Below the pieces are notes generated by a model. That model saw nothing but the letters and a program-made list of their open reading frames with translations, was not told the DNA's origin and did no database searches. Made by a program: the position numbers and the translations under genes. Positions 49,048 through 61,089 of a stretch of 64,000 bases of DNA are shown in pieces; the first letter of the stretch is position 1; each line of letters begins with the position of its first letter. Origin of the DNA: Sphaerodactylus townsendi (lineage: Eukaryota); assembly GCF_021028975.2 (NCBI RefSeq), contig NC_059436.1, positions 11,780,001-11,844,000 on the forward strand, given 5' to 3'.

Positions 49048-49602
49048 CTGCAAGGAGACAACAGCCAATCCATTAACTACTGGACCTCTCTGTGCAAAAC
49101 TGTACCTTTCTGCTGCACTGCTTCCAGATGTTGTCCCATTCGTGTGATGGATGGCTGCATCCTAACCGACCAGCAACCATTTGACCTTATCATGCCAGAA
49201 GTCTAGTATCCCCAAAGTGAAATCCCATTTTTGTGAGGAAGGGAGGGATTTAAGGTTAGTGTGGGTTTGGGAGCAATTATTTCTCAGCCTGCAATTTCTT
49301 TCTCTGAGTGACCTTGGGAAGGTCATTTGTTCCTCTATCTTTCGATCCATTACTGACACAAAGATTTAACAACAGCAGGCCAGAGGGTGGAATTTGCATC
49401 ATCCTGGTCTTGATTCTTTTGGCAGCAAGTGAGCTGATCTCTGCATGCAATAGACGTCCAATAGTGGATTTTTTCCTGGGCAGACTCCATGTGGCAGGAG
49501 CAAAGAATCTCCAGTGTGAATGCTCCCCAATGAAAAATAACTATGCATTCAGAAATCTAGCATGTAAGGGGGAAGGCAAGACTGATATCACAGGCATGCT
49601 GG

Positions 49603-49606
<4 letters not shown>

Positions 49607-49639
<33 letters not shown>
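49607..49639. repeat. (CT)n microsatellite
   Basis: Direct observation. Confidence 0.95.
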
Positions 49640-49643
<4 letters not shown>

Positions 49644-50387
49644 CCTCCCTCCCCCCCCCCCACCCCATAGGAGAATAATCAAACATGCAAGTTCCCCTCA
49701 TCTGATTCCATTCCAGGAAAAAAAAATCACCATGGTTTGTTGCAAATGTACATCAGTTGTTACTGAAGGTAAAGAAGGCATGTGTAGCAATACAGACTGT
49801 TCTATATTTCTCTAAGCATTCAATAGGTCATATGCTAACTTATATCTGTGTACATGCAAAGAACCCAGGAAAGAGTTCATCAGTAACCATTACAATGTTA
49901 GCAGAGCTGGGGAAACAAACTAGTTTCACAAGTGCAGATTTTAAACATTTCTTAACAGTCTACCTTCCAGTAGCAGAGAGAGAGAGAGATTCAAGAAGAA
50001 AATGTCAACAGGGGCAGAGCGAGAAGTTAAAATGTCCAAGCAACAAGACACACTGAACAGTCCTTGCAGCTCTCAGCCAGCACTGCAGGATGCAGTCACT
50101 TAAAGTTGCCAGCTCCAGGTTGGAAAATTCCTGGAGATTTGGGGGTGAAGCCCGGGGTTGTTGGGGGAGGAAACTCAACAGTGTATAATGCTATAGAGGT
50201 ACTGTTTTAAAGGGCAGATAATAAGTGTAGTAGTGGCTGAACTCTAGTTTGGATTCAAATCTTCCCTTCATTTGTTCATTTGTTGACTCTGGGATAGCCA
50301 CTCCTTCTCAGACTGGTCAACTTCCCAGGATTGTCACAAAAGAAAACATGAGGGGATTCTTTCATTATAGAGGATCCATGGAATGAA

Positions 50388-50590
50388 CACATGAAACTGC
50401 CTTATACTGAATCAGACCACCTTGAGGACAGCCTTATCTACTCTGACTGGCAGTGGTTCTCCAGGGTCTCAGTTCGAAACCTTCCACATTACCTGCTATC
50501 CGGTCCTTTCAACTGGAGATGCCAGGGATTGAACCTAGAACCGCTTGCTTGCCAGGCAAACACTCTGCCACTGAGCCATGGCCCTTCCCC
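50388..50590 (-). mobile_element. tRNA-derived SINE (Squam2/Anolis SINE2-like), near full length
   Basis: Minus-strand A box GGCTCAGTGG, B box GGTTCAATCC; 3' end CTGATTCAGTATAAGGCAG. Confidence 0.8.
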
Positions 50591-51090
50591 ATGTCATATC
50601 TGAAAGCCGTGTTTGAACAGTCAGCATACAAGTGGCACTGTCTCTGACCATTCCAAGGAGCTTCACTCCCTTGTGAACCAGTTATTGCTGCTTCAAAGGG
50701 CAGTCCTTTGGCCAGGAAAGCCAGACGCTGTGGGAAAACCCAGGCCACTGGTGAAAAGGGGTCAAATTCCTGTGTGGCAAATTATGTTGTCACACAGAAA
50801 AATTGAAACAGGAGGCTCCTGTCATTTCACAGATCTGTTCCCTCTGTACTGCCTGAGCCAGGCTGGCTCCCATTCCTGGTTGTGTTCTGGCTGGCAGGAT
50901 TGCTGGAGGCGGTTGCTCCATTATGTTCCACTTGGCATCTTCTGACAACTGAGATACAATAATCCATGTGGCCTGCTGGTGGGCAGGTTAGAAAGAATAA
51001 ACAGGAGCACCCCCTCCCCCAAATAATAAAGCATGTTTTCTATTCCATCAAAGGTGACCTTTCTGAAGATTACACTGTTGACAAGGCTAA

Positions 51091-51219
51091 GGCGGATTCT
51101 GCATGGGCCAAAAACAGTGGCGTGAAAATGGTATGGAAACAGTGTAAACCCTTTTGCACTATTTAAAACCATTTCACACCATTTTCACACCGCTGTTTTT
51201 GGCCCATGCGGAATCCGCC
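51091..51219. mobile_element. Young palindromic PIF/Harbinger MITE
   Basis: GGCGGATTCTGCATGGGCCAAAAACAG / CTGTTTTTGGCCCATGCGGAATCCGCC with TAA TSD on both sides. Confidence 0.93.
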
Positions 51220-51229
51220 TAAGCTGGGG

Positions 51230-51302
51230 AGGAAGAAGAAGAGAAGAAGAGTTTGGATTTATACCCCACTTTTCTCAACTGGGAGGCATCTCAAAGTGGC
51301 TC
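51230..51302 (-). mobile_element. Squam3-type SINE 3' fragment
   Basis: GAAGAAGAGTTTGGATTTATACCCCAC. Confidence 0.8.
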
Positions 51303-51319
51303 ATTGTTTTCACTTAATC

Positions 51320-51931
51320 CAGGGATCCCCAAACTTTTTAAACAGGGGGCCAGAGGGCCGGACTAAAAAAAAACTATGAACAAATTCCTATGCACAAATG
51401 ATTGTAAAATGTTTGCTTTCACCTTTCAGCCTTTCTGTCATGGTCTATTTTTAGAACAGTGACCAAAGTATGTCAAGTACACGGTGGGCTCCAAATATTA
51501 TTGGGGAGGCTGTGGAATACCTTCCCCTGTAAAAAGAAAAGCAGAACTTTCCCAATGAGGCATTCCATCTAACCCAGGATCAGGTATCTTCCTGGGTTCT
51601 TCCTCCCTAGCAGCCAGCGAGCGATTCACCAGCCTGGCTGATGCCAATGGGAGTGAGGTGGAACAGAAAGCCTGAGAGCAACACATGGGGTAGCCGAGAG
51701 GGAAGGGCGGAGCAGGAGTTGCCATGTGTAAGGTTTCCAACTCTGGGTCATAAAATTCATGGAGATTTGGGGGTGCCATCATGTAATTGCAATCAACAGC
51801 CGTTGGGGCCGGTTCCTCCTCTCCCTTGAGCCCCCACTGCACATGAATGGAGCCATTGCCGCCATGCCTGGCAGGCCGGATAAATGCCTTCAGGGGGCCA
51901 AATGTGGCAGGCCGTAGTTTGGGGACCCCTG
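51320..51931. mobile_element. OC1/OposCharlie1-like non-autonomous hAT (Charlie) element
   Basis: TIRs CAGGGATCCCCAAACT / AGTTTGGGGACCCCTG; perfect 8-bp TSD ACTTAATC; subterminal TTTTTAAACAGGGGGCCAG...GGGCCGGACT...AAAAAACTATGAACAAATTCCTATGCAC as I recall for OC1. Confidence 0.85.
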
Positions 51932-52453
51932 ACTTAATCCCTTCAGGAAGCGTGTGAGAAAGGCATTATGCGGGGCTCATTTGACGAGGGTAAGTCCAGA
52001 CAAGCTTTTACTGTGTCCTTGTGGGTACACTATCCAATGCAAAGAATGGGCTCCCCATTTTGGTACTGCTCTGCTAGGAACCCCAAGGGTTGGCAGGATG
52101 GGTCAAGGCCTCACTGTCTTAAAACAGAGCTCCCTGCCCCCACCCACCATGGATCAGTCTGGCTGGCAGTGGTTTCCAGGGTCTCAGTTTGAAACCTTCC
52201 ACATTACCTGGCAACAGTATTTACCAATGTCAAAGAAATGCAAGTCATGTAAAGTGACAGCCAGCGCATGGTGCAACTGGAGCTCACAAGGTGGAAAGGT
52301 AGACCAACATGGCATCACCATAGTGATGATCTTATAGGGCTGGCAATGTATCTCTCAAAGACAAGGATTTGGGGGAGGGGAGGAACAAGAATTAGATCCT
52401 AGAGAGTCTGCCCTCGGAAGCTGCTGTTTCTTCCAGGGAAACTGTCATCTACA

Positions 52454-52692
52454 AGAATTGTTTTTTATACCCTGCTTTTCTCTATCTTTAAGGACCCTCA
52501 AAATGGCTTGCAATCACCTTCTCTTTCCCTCCCACAACAGACACCTTGTGAGGTAAGATGGGGCTGAGAGAGTTCTGAGAGAACTGTGACTAGCCCAAGG
52601 TCACCCAGCAGGCTTCATGTGGAGGAATGGGGAAACAAACCAGATTCTCCTCATTAGAGTCTGCCACTCTTAACCACACCACCACACTGGCT
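52454..52692 (-). mobile_element. Squam3-type SINE inserted in a TAGGG-type hAT element (about 52334-52755)
   Basis: CACCTTGTGAGG...GCCCAAGGTCACCCAGC...CTCTTAACCAC; hAT halves on both sides. Confidence 0.85.
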
Positions 52693-52756
52693 ATAGTAAG
52701 GAATTCAGTTGTCATTCCAGGAGAACTCCAGGCCTTTCCAGAAGGTTGCCAACACC

Positions 52757-52984
52757 AATGGAGGATAGGTCCCTCAATGCCTACTAGTCATAGAAAGGAA
52801 AGGGACCACACATATTCAGAGGCAATAAATCTTTGTGCTCAGAGACAACATCCGGGGAGGGCCTTGGCCTCTATGCCCTGTTTTTTAGTCCTCCAGGGCA
52901 CCTGGTTGGCCACTGTGTGAGACAGAAAGCTGGACTAGATCAACCACTACTCTGATCCAGTAGGGCTCATCTTTATATTCTTAT
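52757..52984 (+). mobile_element. CR1 3'UTR fragment (older subfamily)
   Basis: Homologous to 4880-5108 (GCTGGACTAGAT...TCTGATCCAGTAGGGCTC...TTCTTA). Confidence 0.8.
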
Positions 52985-53041
52985 ATCAAGGAGCTTAGAT
53001 TGCAGTAACTTTAATATGATTGCACTACTATAGGATTAAAT

Positions 53042-53260
53042 TAGGGTTGCCAGCTCTAGGTTGGGACATACCTGGAGATTTTGGGGTGGAACCTGGGAAG
53101 AGCATTATTTGGGGAGGAGGAAGACCTTAGTAGGGTATAACACCATTTGATCCACCTTCTAAAGCAGTTATTTTCTTAGGGGGAACTGATCTTGGCCATC
53201 TGGAGATCAATTGTAATAGCAGGAGATTTCCAGGAGCCACCTGTAGGTTGGCATGCCTCA
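53042..53260. mobile_element. TAGGGTTGCCA-type hAT MITE
   Basis: TAGGGTTGCCAGCTCTAGGTTGGG...GGTTGGCATGCCTCA. Confidence 0.8.
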
Positions 53261-53971
53261 ATTGAATGATTAGATTCAGTCCCTGCTTGACCATATTTGT
53301 ATGCAAACACAAAGATAGCATCTAATCAGGACCATCCATTAGGCTCTTTTGCTGCCTCTAAAACACAACAATTCCACCCACCCCACTGGAGGGAACTTTT
53401 CCCACCATTCTGTTCTTAATGTGCACGTACCATCACATGTCAAAACGAGTCTGGCTGTATGTCTCATTTAAGGAAATGAAATGCACTGCTGTGAGATGTT
53501 CCCATTTAACATTGTGCCGTGGAATGGCTTGGGGGGGCATATGCTAATTTGAAAGTGGTTTTTATTCTCTTTCATCAGGCTCAGCGTCTCTGCCAAGTCC
53601 TTATTGGTGTCATGGGCCTTTCTGCTTTTAAGGCTGCTGAACATTTTTCTGTTTCTCCTCTTCTGCTTCTTTTTTTTTTTTTTTGGTAACATGACAAACA
53701 TCTAAGGTACCGCTGGTGCAAAAGGAAGAATGGCAAGTTAAAAGGGAAAAGAGAAAGGGAAGGAAAAGACAATGAAAAAAACTCTCAGCTGCATTGGAGA
53801 CTGTCTATTACACGATAAAGAATAGCAGCGAGCGCTTGTATTTATTAAAATGTCTATATCCTGGTCCCTCCTACCCCTTCAGAAGTTGCTCAAACTAACT
53901 TATGAGACTGAAATAGGCACAGGAGCAAAATCATTAAAACCAGGTCATGCATTTATTCAGTATACTATTGG

Positions 53972-54222
53972 CCCACAGTGTTTTGTAGGAGTTAGGGTGA
54001 TGGATGTGCATTTGAGAGACCCAGGTCTGAATCCTCACTCTGCTGTGGAAGCTTGCTGTGGAAGCTTGCTGGGACAGTTACACACTGTCAGTAGAATCAA
54101 CCTCACAGGATTGTTGTGAAAACAAAATGGAGGAAAGAAGAAGAATGTAAGCTACTCTGGGTTCCCACTGGGGAGAAAGGTGAAGTATAAATGAAGCAAA
54201 TAAAACAAATAAATAATAAATA
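53972..54222 (+). mobile_element. Old CORE SINE
   Basis: GAGACCCAGGTCTGAATCC...AACCTCACAGGATTGTTGTG...AAAATGGAGG...TAAATAA tail. Confidence 0.75.
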
Positions 54223-54297
54223 ATTTCTAGACTGGCTTCTTAGGGCAACTATGTCCGGTGAGAACCAAGAATGCCTTAGAACATTACTATCTTATTT

Positions 54298-54610
54298 GAA
54301 GAAGAAGAAGAGTAGTAGTAGTAGTAGTTTGGATTTATACCCCATCTTTCTCTCATATAAGGAGACTCAAGGTGGCTTATAAGCTCCTTTCCCTTCCTCC
54401 CCCCACAACACACACCTGTGAGGTAGATGGGGCTGAGAGAGTTCTGAATGAACTGTGACTAGCCCAAGGTCACCCAGCAGGAATGCAGGAGTGCAGAAAC
54501 ACATCTGGTTTGCTAGAGAAGCCTTTGCCACTCAGGTGGAGGAGTGGGGAATCAAACCCAGTTCTCATTATTAGAATCCCCCTGCTCTTAACCACTACAC
54601 CATGCTGGCT
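54298..54610 (-). mobile_element. Squam3-type SINE
   Basis: Full length; ends CTCTTAACCACTACACCATGCTGGCT. Confidence 0.92.
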
Positions 54611-55142
54611 TTCTGGCAAAGGATCTGACAGGGAAAGTGGACTATAAATAATGTAAATAAATAGATCTGACAGATTTCCTTCAGCTCATTTGACCCACGT
54701 TTGTGAGGAGCCAGCAGCAGTTATAAAAATCACTTCTGTACTTGGAGCAGGATAGTTTCACTCATACTGGGGATGCATACAGGGAGCTGGTGTTTCAGCT
54801 GCTTAAATCCAACTTAAAGCACAGCTGCTTTGTGAGTGAGAGTATCCCACCTCAGTTTTTCAGGAATTTTCTCTAAGCTTTCCCCAGGTTTTTACAGAGG
54901 GTCTGGGAAAAAAACAAACAGGAAAAACCTGAAGAAAAACCATAAGAAAAATGACTGACAGGAAATACTATGTAAATGAGGGGTTGGGGTGGGGGAACCA
55001 ATACAGTAAAGAAACCGAACTGCAGCAAAAATCCAGTATGGCAAAGCACTTATTCCTACCCTTGTATATTCTTTAGGTATTAATACAAGTTGTGACCTGT
55101 AATTTACCCCTTAAACATGATGCCTTCTCTCCATATATTTAG

Positions 55143-55320
55143 GATTGTCAGATCTCATAAGCTAAGTATTGTTGGCCCTGGTTAGTATTTGGATGGGAGG
55201 CCACCAAGGAAGTCCAGGGTCACTCCTCAGAGAAAGGAACAGAGGCAAACCACCTCTGTTTATCTCTCGCCTTGGAAACCCAACAGTGTTGCCATAAGTC
55301 AGTTTCAGCTTGACAGCACT
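55143..55320 (+). mobile_element. 5S-Sauria-type SINE
   Basis: GTCAGATCTCATAAGCTAAG...GGCCCTGGTTAGTATTTGGATGGGAG. Confidence 0.85.
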
Positions 55321-55505
55321 TGCTGCTCCTTCCACCATCCACGCATTGCCAGCTGACACCTTTAGTAACCAGGGCAGGGCAGGGCAGGGGTGAGTGAAAC
55401 CCCCTGTTCCTTTGGTCAGCTTTCCCCCTGTGGAGCTAGGGACATGATTCCTATTGGTCCCCTCCATCACCCTTTTGAGGCTGGTATGGCACTTGGTGCC
55501 ATGAT

Positions 55506-55660
55506 CTGGATAGCCCAAGCTAACCTGATCTTGTCAGATCTCAGAAGCTAAACAAGATTGGCCCTGACCAATATTTGGATGGGAATACCAAGGAATACTA
55601 GGGTCACTATACAGAAGCAGGAAATGGTATATCACCTGTGAACATCTCTTATCTTGAAAT
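55506..55660 (+). mobile_element. 5S-Sauria-type SINE
   Basis: CCTGATCTTGTCAGATCTCAGAAGCTAA...TTTGGATGGGAATACCAAGGAATAC. Confidence 0.85.
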
Positions 55661-55811
55661 GGGTCTGTCATCAGAAAATGGGCCCTGCAGCTGTGGAACG
55701 ATCTCTTGCTCTTGGTTCATCTTTTGGAAGATTGGTCTAAAAGTTTTTTTCTGGTCCCTTGGGGGGTGTACCTTATAGAAGTATACTTCAGATTGGAGGA
55801 TACTTGGTCCC

Positions 55812-56165
55812 AAATTAGGCAAGTGGCAACTTGGGAGAGGGTCTTCTTGAATGTGGCAGCAACATTTTGGAACTCTCTATCCTGGAAGATTGATCGGCTT
55901 ACTTTTCTTTCCAACTTTTGTCTGCAAGTGAAGACCTATTTGATATTCCCTTAGTGAACCCTCCTCCCGACCCACAATTTTAATTGGTGCTTTTATGTCG
56001 TTATTTGTATTTTGTCTCCGGTTTGAATAGTTCTATCCGTTTTTGTTGGTTTTAACAGTTTTTAAGATGTGATTTTATTATGCATGCATTAATTTGTTAG
56101 CTGCCCTCGCAACCCTCAGGAAGGCAGAATGGTGGGGTATACATTTGGTAAAATCAATCCAAAAA
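55812..56165 (+). mobile_element. L2 LINE 3' end
   Basis: RVFLNVAATFWNSL...FCLQVKTYL (L2 'RAFSVAAP.LWNSLP...LKT.LF'), T-rich UTR and GCTGCCCT...GGGGTATA tail. Confidence 0.75.
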
Positions 56166-57054
56166 TAAAATATATGGGCACTGTAACATACTTTATCATT
56201 AAAAATAGATTTATGAGTAACGATATTTGGAGACTGAAGGTCTGCATGAGAGGATGTGTCCTGAATGCCAATCTGAACCATAGAGCTCCTCCTATTAGAA
56301 ATGTATGAATGTTTCTGCAGCTTAACTTAAGTTGAGACCAAACACCTTGTCCAGTGTTTCTACTGGGAGATGGAGAAGAAGCCATTCTGGATGGCCAACT
56401 TGCCACCTGCTTCTCATGAATATTAATCAGGGGATTGGGCAGAGCCATCACTCCTTGGTGTGGGGAGACGTAGGACCCCTACTCTAAAGGTGGTAGGGAT
56501 TTCTAAAAGGGATGAGTGCAGGAAATGGCAGTGAGTGGCAGGGAAACAGGCAGCACAGAGTCCTTGAGCTTGTCACAGAAAGGCTGTAAATTATTCATGA
56601 TCCACCTGTCCTTCTGTACTGCAAAGTCAACTCTTGACCTAAGCAGAAGGACTGGGGAGTGACTGGCTATGTTGGAATGAAAGCAAAACTGCTGTTTTGA
56701 AACCAGTGTGTTGTGTAAAGATAAGAACCTCCCTTGAAAACTTTGGTATGGATAAGAAGAAGGCCTCCTGTAAAGTGTTGTTGCACGGCCACTGGAGTGG
56801 CAGGGCTGGATTCAATGTTACAGCATATAAACTATGACATCAGGATGCTTAGCAAAGGCCTATTTCAGACAGAAAAAACGTCTACAAAGACCAGAAATCC
56901 TCGTGCGTGGCAGTGGGATAGGCCAGGCTGGAATAAACACTACTGTATATAAGATATATAGTAGGGGATTTAATGAAGTTCTCAGCTATAGTTCATTTTA
57001 TGTTACACTTGTCAAATGTCTCACACCAAAGACAACTCAGGAAGGAGGATAAAA

Positions 57055-57147
57055 AAAGGTAAATGTGCAAGATGGGGTCGTCATTACCCATGGGGTAATG
57101 CCACATCATGATGTTTATTAGGCAGACGGTGTTTGCAGGGTGGTTTG
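57055..57147 (-). mobile_element. Sauria SINE 3' fragment
   Basis: AAAGGTAAATGTGCAAG...CCCATGGGGT...GGGTGGTTTG. Confidence 0.65.
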
Positions 57148-57418
57148 GATTTATAACCTGCCTTTCTCTCCTGAAAGGAAACTCAAAGGAGTCTTACAAA
57201 CTCCTTTCTCTTCCTCTCCCCATAACAGACACCTTGTGAGGTTGGTGCGGTTGAGAGAGTTCTGAGAGAACTGTGACTAGTCCAAGGTCACCCAGCAGGA
57301 ATGTAGGAGTGGGGAAACAAATCTGGAGTGGAGAAATGGGGAATCATGTGGAAGAGTGGGGAATCAAACCCAGTTTCCCAGATTAGAGTCCACTGTTCTT
57401 AACCACTGCACCATGCTG
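57143..57418 (-). mobile_element. Squam3-type SINE
   Basis: GTTTGGATTTATA...TCCAAGGTCACCCAGC...CTTAACCACTGCACCATGCTGG. Confidence 0.9.
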
Positions 57419-58366
57419 GAAGTTGGGGTCAACAATCATGCTGGTGTAAAAATTCCCAAAGTGAGCAAGGCAGAAGAAATCACAGCAAGATGGTGGGCCA
57501 TGATGCAATAGGCTGTCCCTTGCTGGGTTCCAACCTCATTATCGTGGTTGGAGCTTCTTTAAACCAGCCAGATTCCTGCTTTGTTGGGAATGCAGCCACC
57601 TGCCTTTTGGCTGGGAAATGATAATGAGAAATTATAGGTATTTTCAATTTACCGTAATCTCATTTTAAAACGTGGCATCCAAATGACAATAAAAGATAGG
57701 CACGGTTTGGAATACAAATGAGAAGCGGGCCTGTAACAGCCCCTGAGATACATAGCGTACTCCTAATTCATTTGTCGGCATCCTGACGCTTCCCCATTGT
57801 TAGACAACAAAAGCTAATCGCCTTCCATTGTTAAGTATGAATCACACTTCTCCTTAGTAGCCTCCCCATTGTTTGATAGTTTAGCAGAGGTGCTCGGGAT
57901 TTTCAGAAGGGTTCTCTTTGCATATTAAAAGTGAACAGATTCTGCTTTGCTCTTAGAAATGTTTTTTCCCCCTTCCCAAAATAGATTAACAATAAGAACG
58001 AATGAAAGTCTTTGATCTTCCCCCTGCTACTGGAATTGTGCTTTCTAATGATCTAGTAATGGGCAAGCCCAAGATTCCCCACCAGAAATGGAGCATAATT
58101 TGCATAAATGATCATTCAATGTAATGTAATTCTGCTTGGTTACAATTGATAATTCCTGCCTGGCTGTTTGTAATGAATTTGAATTATCGAGTCTGCTTGG
58201 CTCAGCCTCTTCACCAACCACAATACTCATTCGACACAAGTCGAAGAAGCTGACTGTTATCAGGCATGAGGCAGCGTGCCCTGAACTTCCAAGAGCCAAG
58301 GCACATTGTTTCATCCTGAATTAAAATTGGAAGCGTTATTCATTCCTCCACCTGCAAAGGTTTACA

Positions 58367-58672
58367 CCAGCTTGAGGTAGTGGTTAACAGTGGTGGACTC
58401 TATCTAGAGAACTGGGTTTGATTCCCCACTCCTCCACATGAGTGGCAGATTCCAATCTGGTGAACTGGATTTGTTTCCCTGCTCCTCCACATGAAGCCTG
58501 CTGGGTGACCTTGGGCTAGTCACAGTTCTCTAAGAACTCTCTCAGCCCCACCAACCTCAGCCTCACAAGATGTCTGTTATGGGAACAGAAGAAAGGGAAG
58601 GAGTTTGTAAGCCACTTTGAGACTCCTTATGGTGGAGAAAAGTGGGGTACAAACCCAAACTCCTCCTCCTTC
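58367..58672 (+). mobile_element. Squam3-type SINE
   Basis: Full length with duplicated head segment. Confidence 0.9.
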
Positions 58673-58984
58673 ACTTCTGGAAGGTGACTGTGCAAAAACT
58701 ACCTGGTTTCAGAAGACCCCCACCACCATACTTGCAGATGAGTTTCTCTTATGTGCATCTGTGTGAGTAATAAGCCATACAGAGGCACAATGTGTAGCCT
58801 TCTCTGAGTGAAGGGAACTCTACTGGGGCTTTGTGGAGGGAGTATTTTTATTTATCTGTTTGTTTAAAACATTTTTATGCCACCTTTTTACCTGATCAGG
58901 GTCCACAAAGTGGCAAACATAAAAAAAAGAAGGCATGGCACAAAAGCTGGGGATCTTAATTGGAGGGCTGGATAATGCAGGAGG

Positions 58985-59110
58985 AAATAGTCTTTCAAGT
59001 ACCTTGGACACAACCCGTTTAGGGATTAAAGGCACTTCAAATTGTGCCCATAAATATATGGGTAGCCAATGCAGATCTTTTAGCATAGGAGTAATACAAT
59101 CGTCCATCAG
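58985..59110 (-). mobile_element. L2 LINE ORF2 fragment
   Basis: DDCITPMLKDLHWLPIYLWAQFEV (L2 'HITP.L..LHWLP' motif). Confidence 0.8.
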
Positions 59111-60015
59111 CAGATTACTCACAAGGGGATCCGATCACATCAAATAAAGAATTATTTTCCTTAACCGAGTTTGGGAATGTCAGAGCAAAAACTCATGCAG
59201 AGACATAGTGGGAAGCCGCCTTGATGTGTAGGCAGAGATGAATTCTGTTTTCCCCCACCCTTTTCAATGAACTTATTTTGGGAACACATGCCTCCCAATT
59301 CCCAAGACATTTTCTTTCATTTTTTTCCCTTGGCACCTTCAAACCCCCTCCATTTACTACCAGCTTTAATTAAATATGTGTCAGAATTCTGCTGCGAGCA
59401 ATCAGGGCGATTTTTACAGCTAGCAGGCCAACCAAATGTCCGTCCTTTTCTCTCCCAGTGGCACTGCATTTCCTTCTGTCTTCTTTTGCATTCACTCTGT
59501 TTTACCAGGTTGTATGCATATCGTTCTCCATTCTACAGGAGCAAAGCAATCTCCTCTGGCCTCTTATCAGTCTTGCTGCTTCTCTCAGCTCCAACCAGAG
59601 GCCCTGCTATCTCCCACACCTAACAAAATGTCCATCTAGATTAGAGCTGCAAGGAGCATGCCAGACCTCAACAACTGGCTGCTCAGCAAATCCTTCTGAA
59701 GCCATCCAGGGCACAAATATTCCTTGTATGCAAAAGCTCTGATGGTTCAAACTCCTCAATTTAAAAAGCAAAACCAAACAAAGCAGTGGCATTTTCTTGC
59801 AACAGAACCCCAGTTCCTTCCCTCAACTCTCATGCAGGGGCATACTGCCCTGGGGAACATATGGGGTCAAATGTCCCTAGGCTGTAGCCATTTAGTAACT
59901 TGGGGGACAGAAAATCCCCCACCCCTTCTCCTTCCCCCCAGGTCCATACACTGACTTCAAGACAAGTGACAAAACATTGTTTGTCGTGGTGATGGAGGGC
60001 AGCTGCTCATACAAG

Positions 60016-60017
<2 letters not shown>

Positions 60018-60064
<47 letters not shown>

Positions 60065-60079
60065 TGTGTGTGTGTGTGT
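60018..60079. repeat. (GT)n microsatellite
   Basis: Direct observation; one interruption. Confidence 0.97.
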
Positions 60080-60784
60080 AAAACTCAGATTTTGCACTGG
60101 GCTACATTTTCCCTAGATACACCTCTGCTCTCCTGGCTGCTTTCATTCATGCCTCTGACTCGCCAACAATTCCATACCATTCCTCACTCTCTCCTGCTTC
60201 TTGGAAATAAGCAGAAGAATTGCTAAGAAGTGTTAGCATAGCAGGGGGAAAGCTGTGAATGCTGGCAGAAGAGTCTGGAGCAGCAGTAACCTCACTCTGC
60301 TCCTTTCTGGCAGGCAAGATGTGAATTTCCATACAGCCAGTGGGCTCTGGCAGTATAAATAGTTTATGGCATATCAAACTATTAAACATGATTTTAATCC
60401 CACTTGTGATGTTCGGCGCATAACTCACAGGAGGCCTGCTTTGATGTGGCTGGTGGAACGGAAATCGCTTTGAACAGATGTTCCAGCTGGAGATGCTTCA
60501 GTGTCTCCGTTACAAACCTGGGGTCTGTGGATTGCTTTTTTTTTGGGGGGGGGGGTTGTGCAGTGCAGTGCAGTGCAGATGAATGGGAAAGAGACTTGGA
60601 TTACGGGGCTCTACAATTTAGCTGAAGATTTGTGCTTCAGTTTCCAGTTCTCAAGAACCCAAGGTACTTTTGAGCTTGGAGTGTTGCTCTTGTCATAGAA
60701 ATTCCCTTATCACATTTATGCATTTACATACTTACTTAGATATTTATACTCCACTTTCTCCCCAATTAGAACCTAAAGCTGCAA

Positions 60785-61089
60785 AGAAGGAGGAGTAGGA
60801 GTAGGAGGAGTTTGGATTTATATCCCCTCTTTCTCTCCTGCAAGAAGAGTCAGAGGGGCTTACAATCTCTTTTCCCTTCCCCCCATACAACAGACACCCT
60901 GTGAGGTGGGTGGGACTGAGAGAGCTCCGAAGAACTGTGATTAGCCCAAGGTCACCCAGCTGGCATGTGTTGGAGTGTACAAGCTAATCTGGCTCACCAG
61001 ATAAGCCTCCGCAGCTCAAGTGGCAGAGCGAGGAATCAAACCTGGTTTTCCAGATTAGGGTACCTGCTGTTAACCACTACACCATGCTG
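60785..61089 (-). mobile_element. Squam3-type SINE nested in an older CORE SINE (about 60720-61265)
   Basis: Full Squam3. The older SINE tail (ATTTATACTCCACTTTCTCCCC) lies to the left and its core (CTCCATTTTATTCTCACAA...GCCCAAGGTCGCCCAGC) to the right. Confidence 0.88.

Noticed and set aside
4552-52984. Six of seven CR1 fragments are antisense to KIRREL3
   Set aside because: Too few copies for significance, and antisense bias of intronic LINEs is already known.
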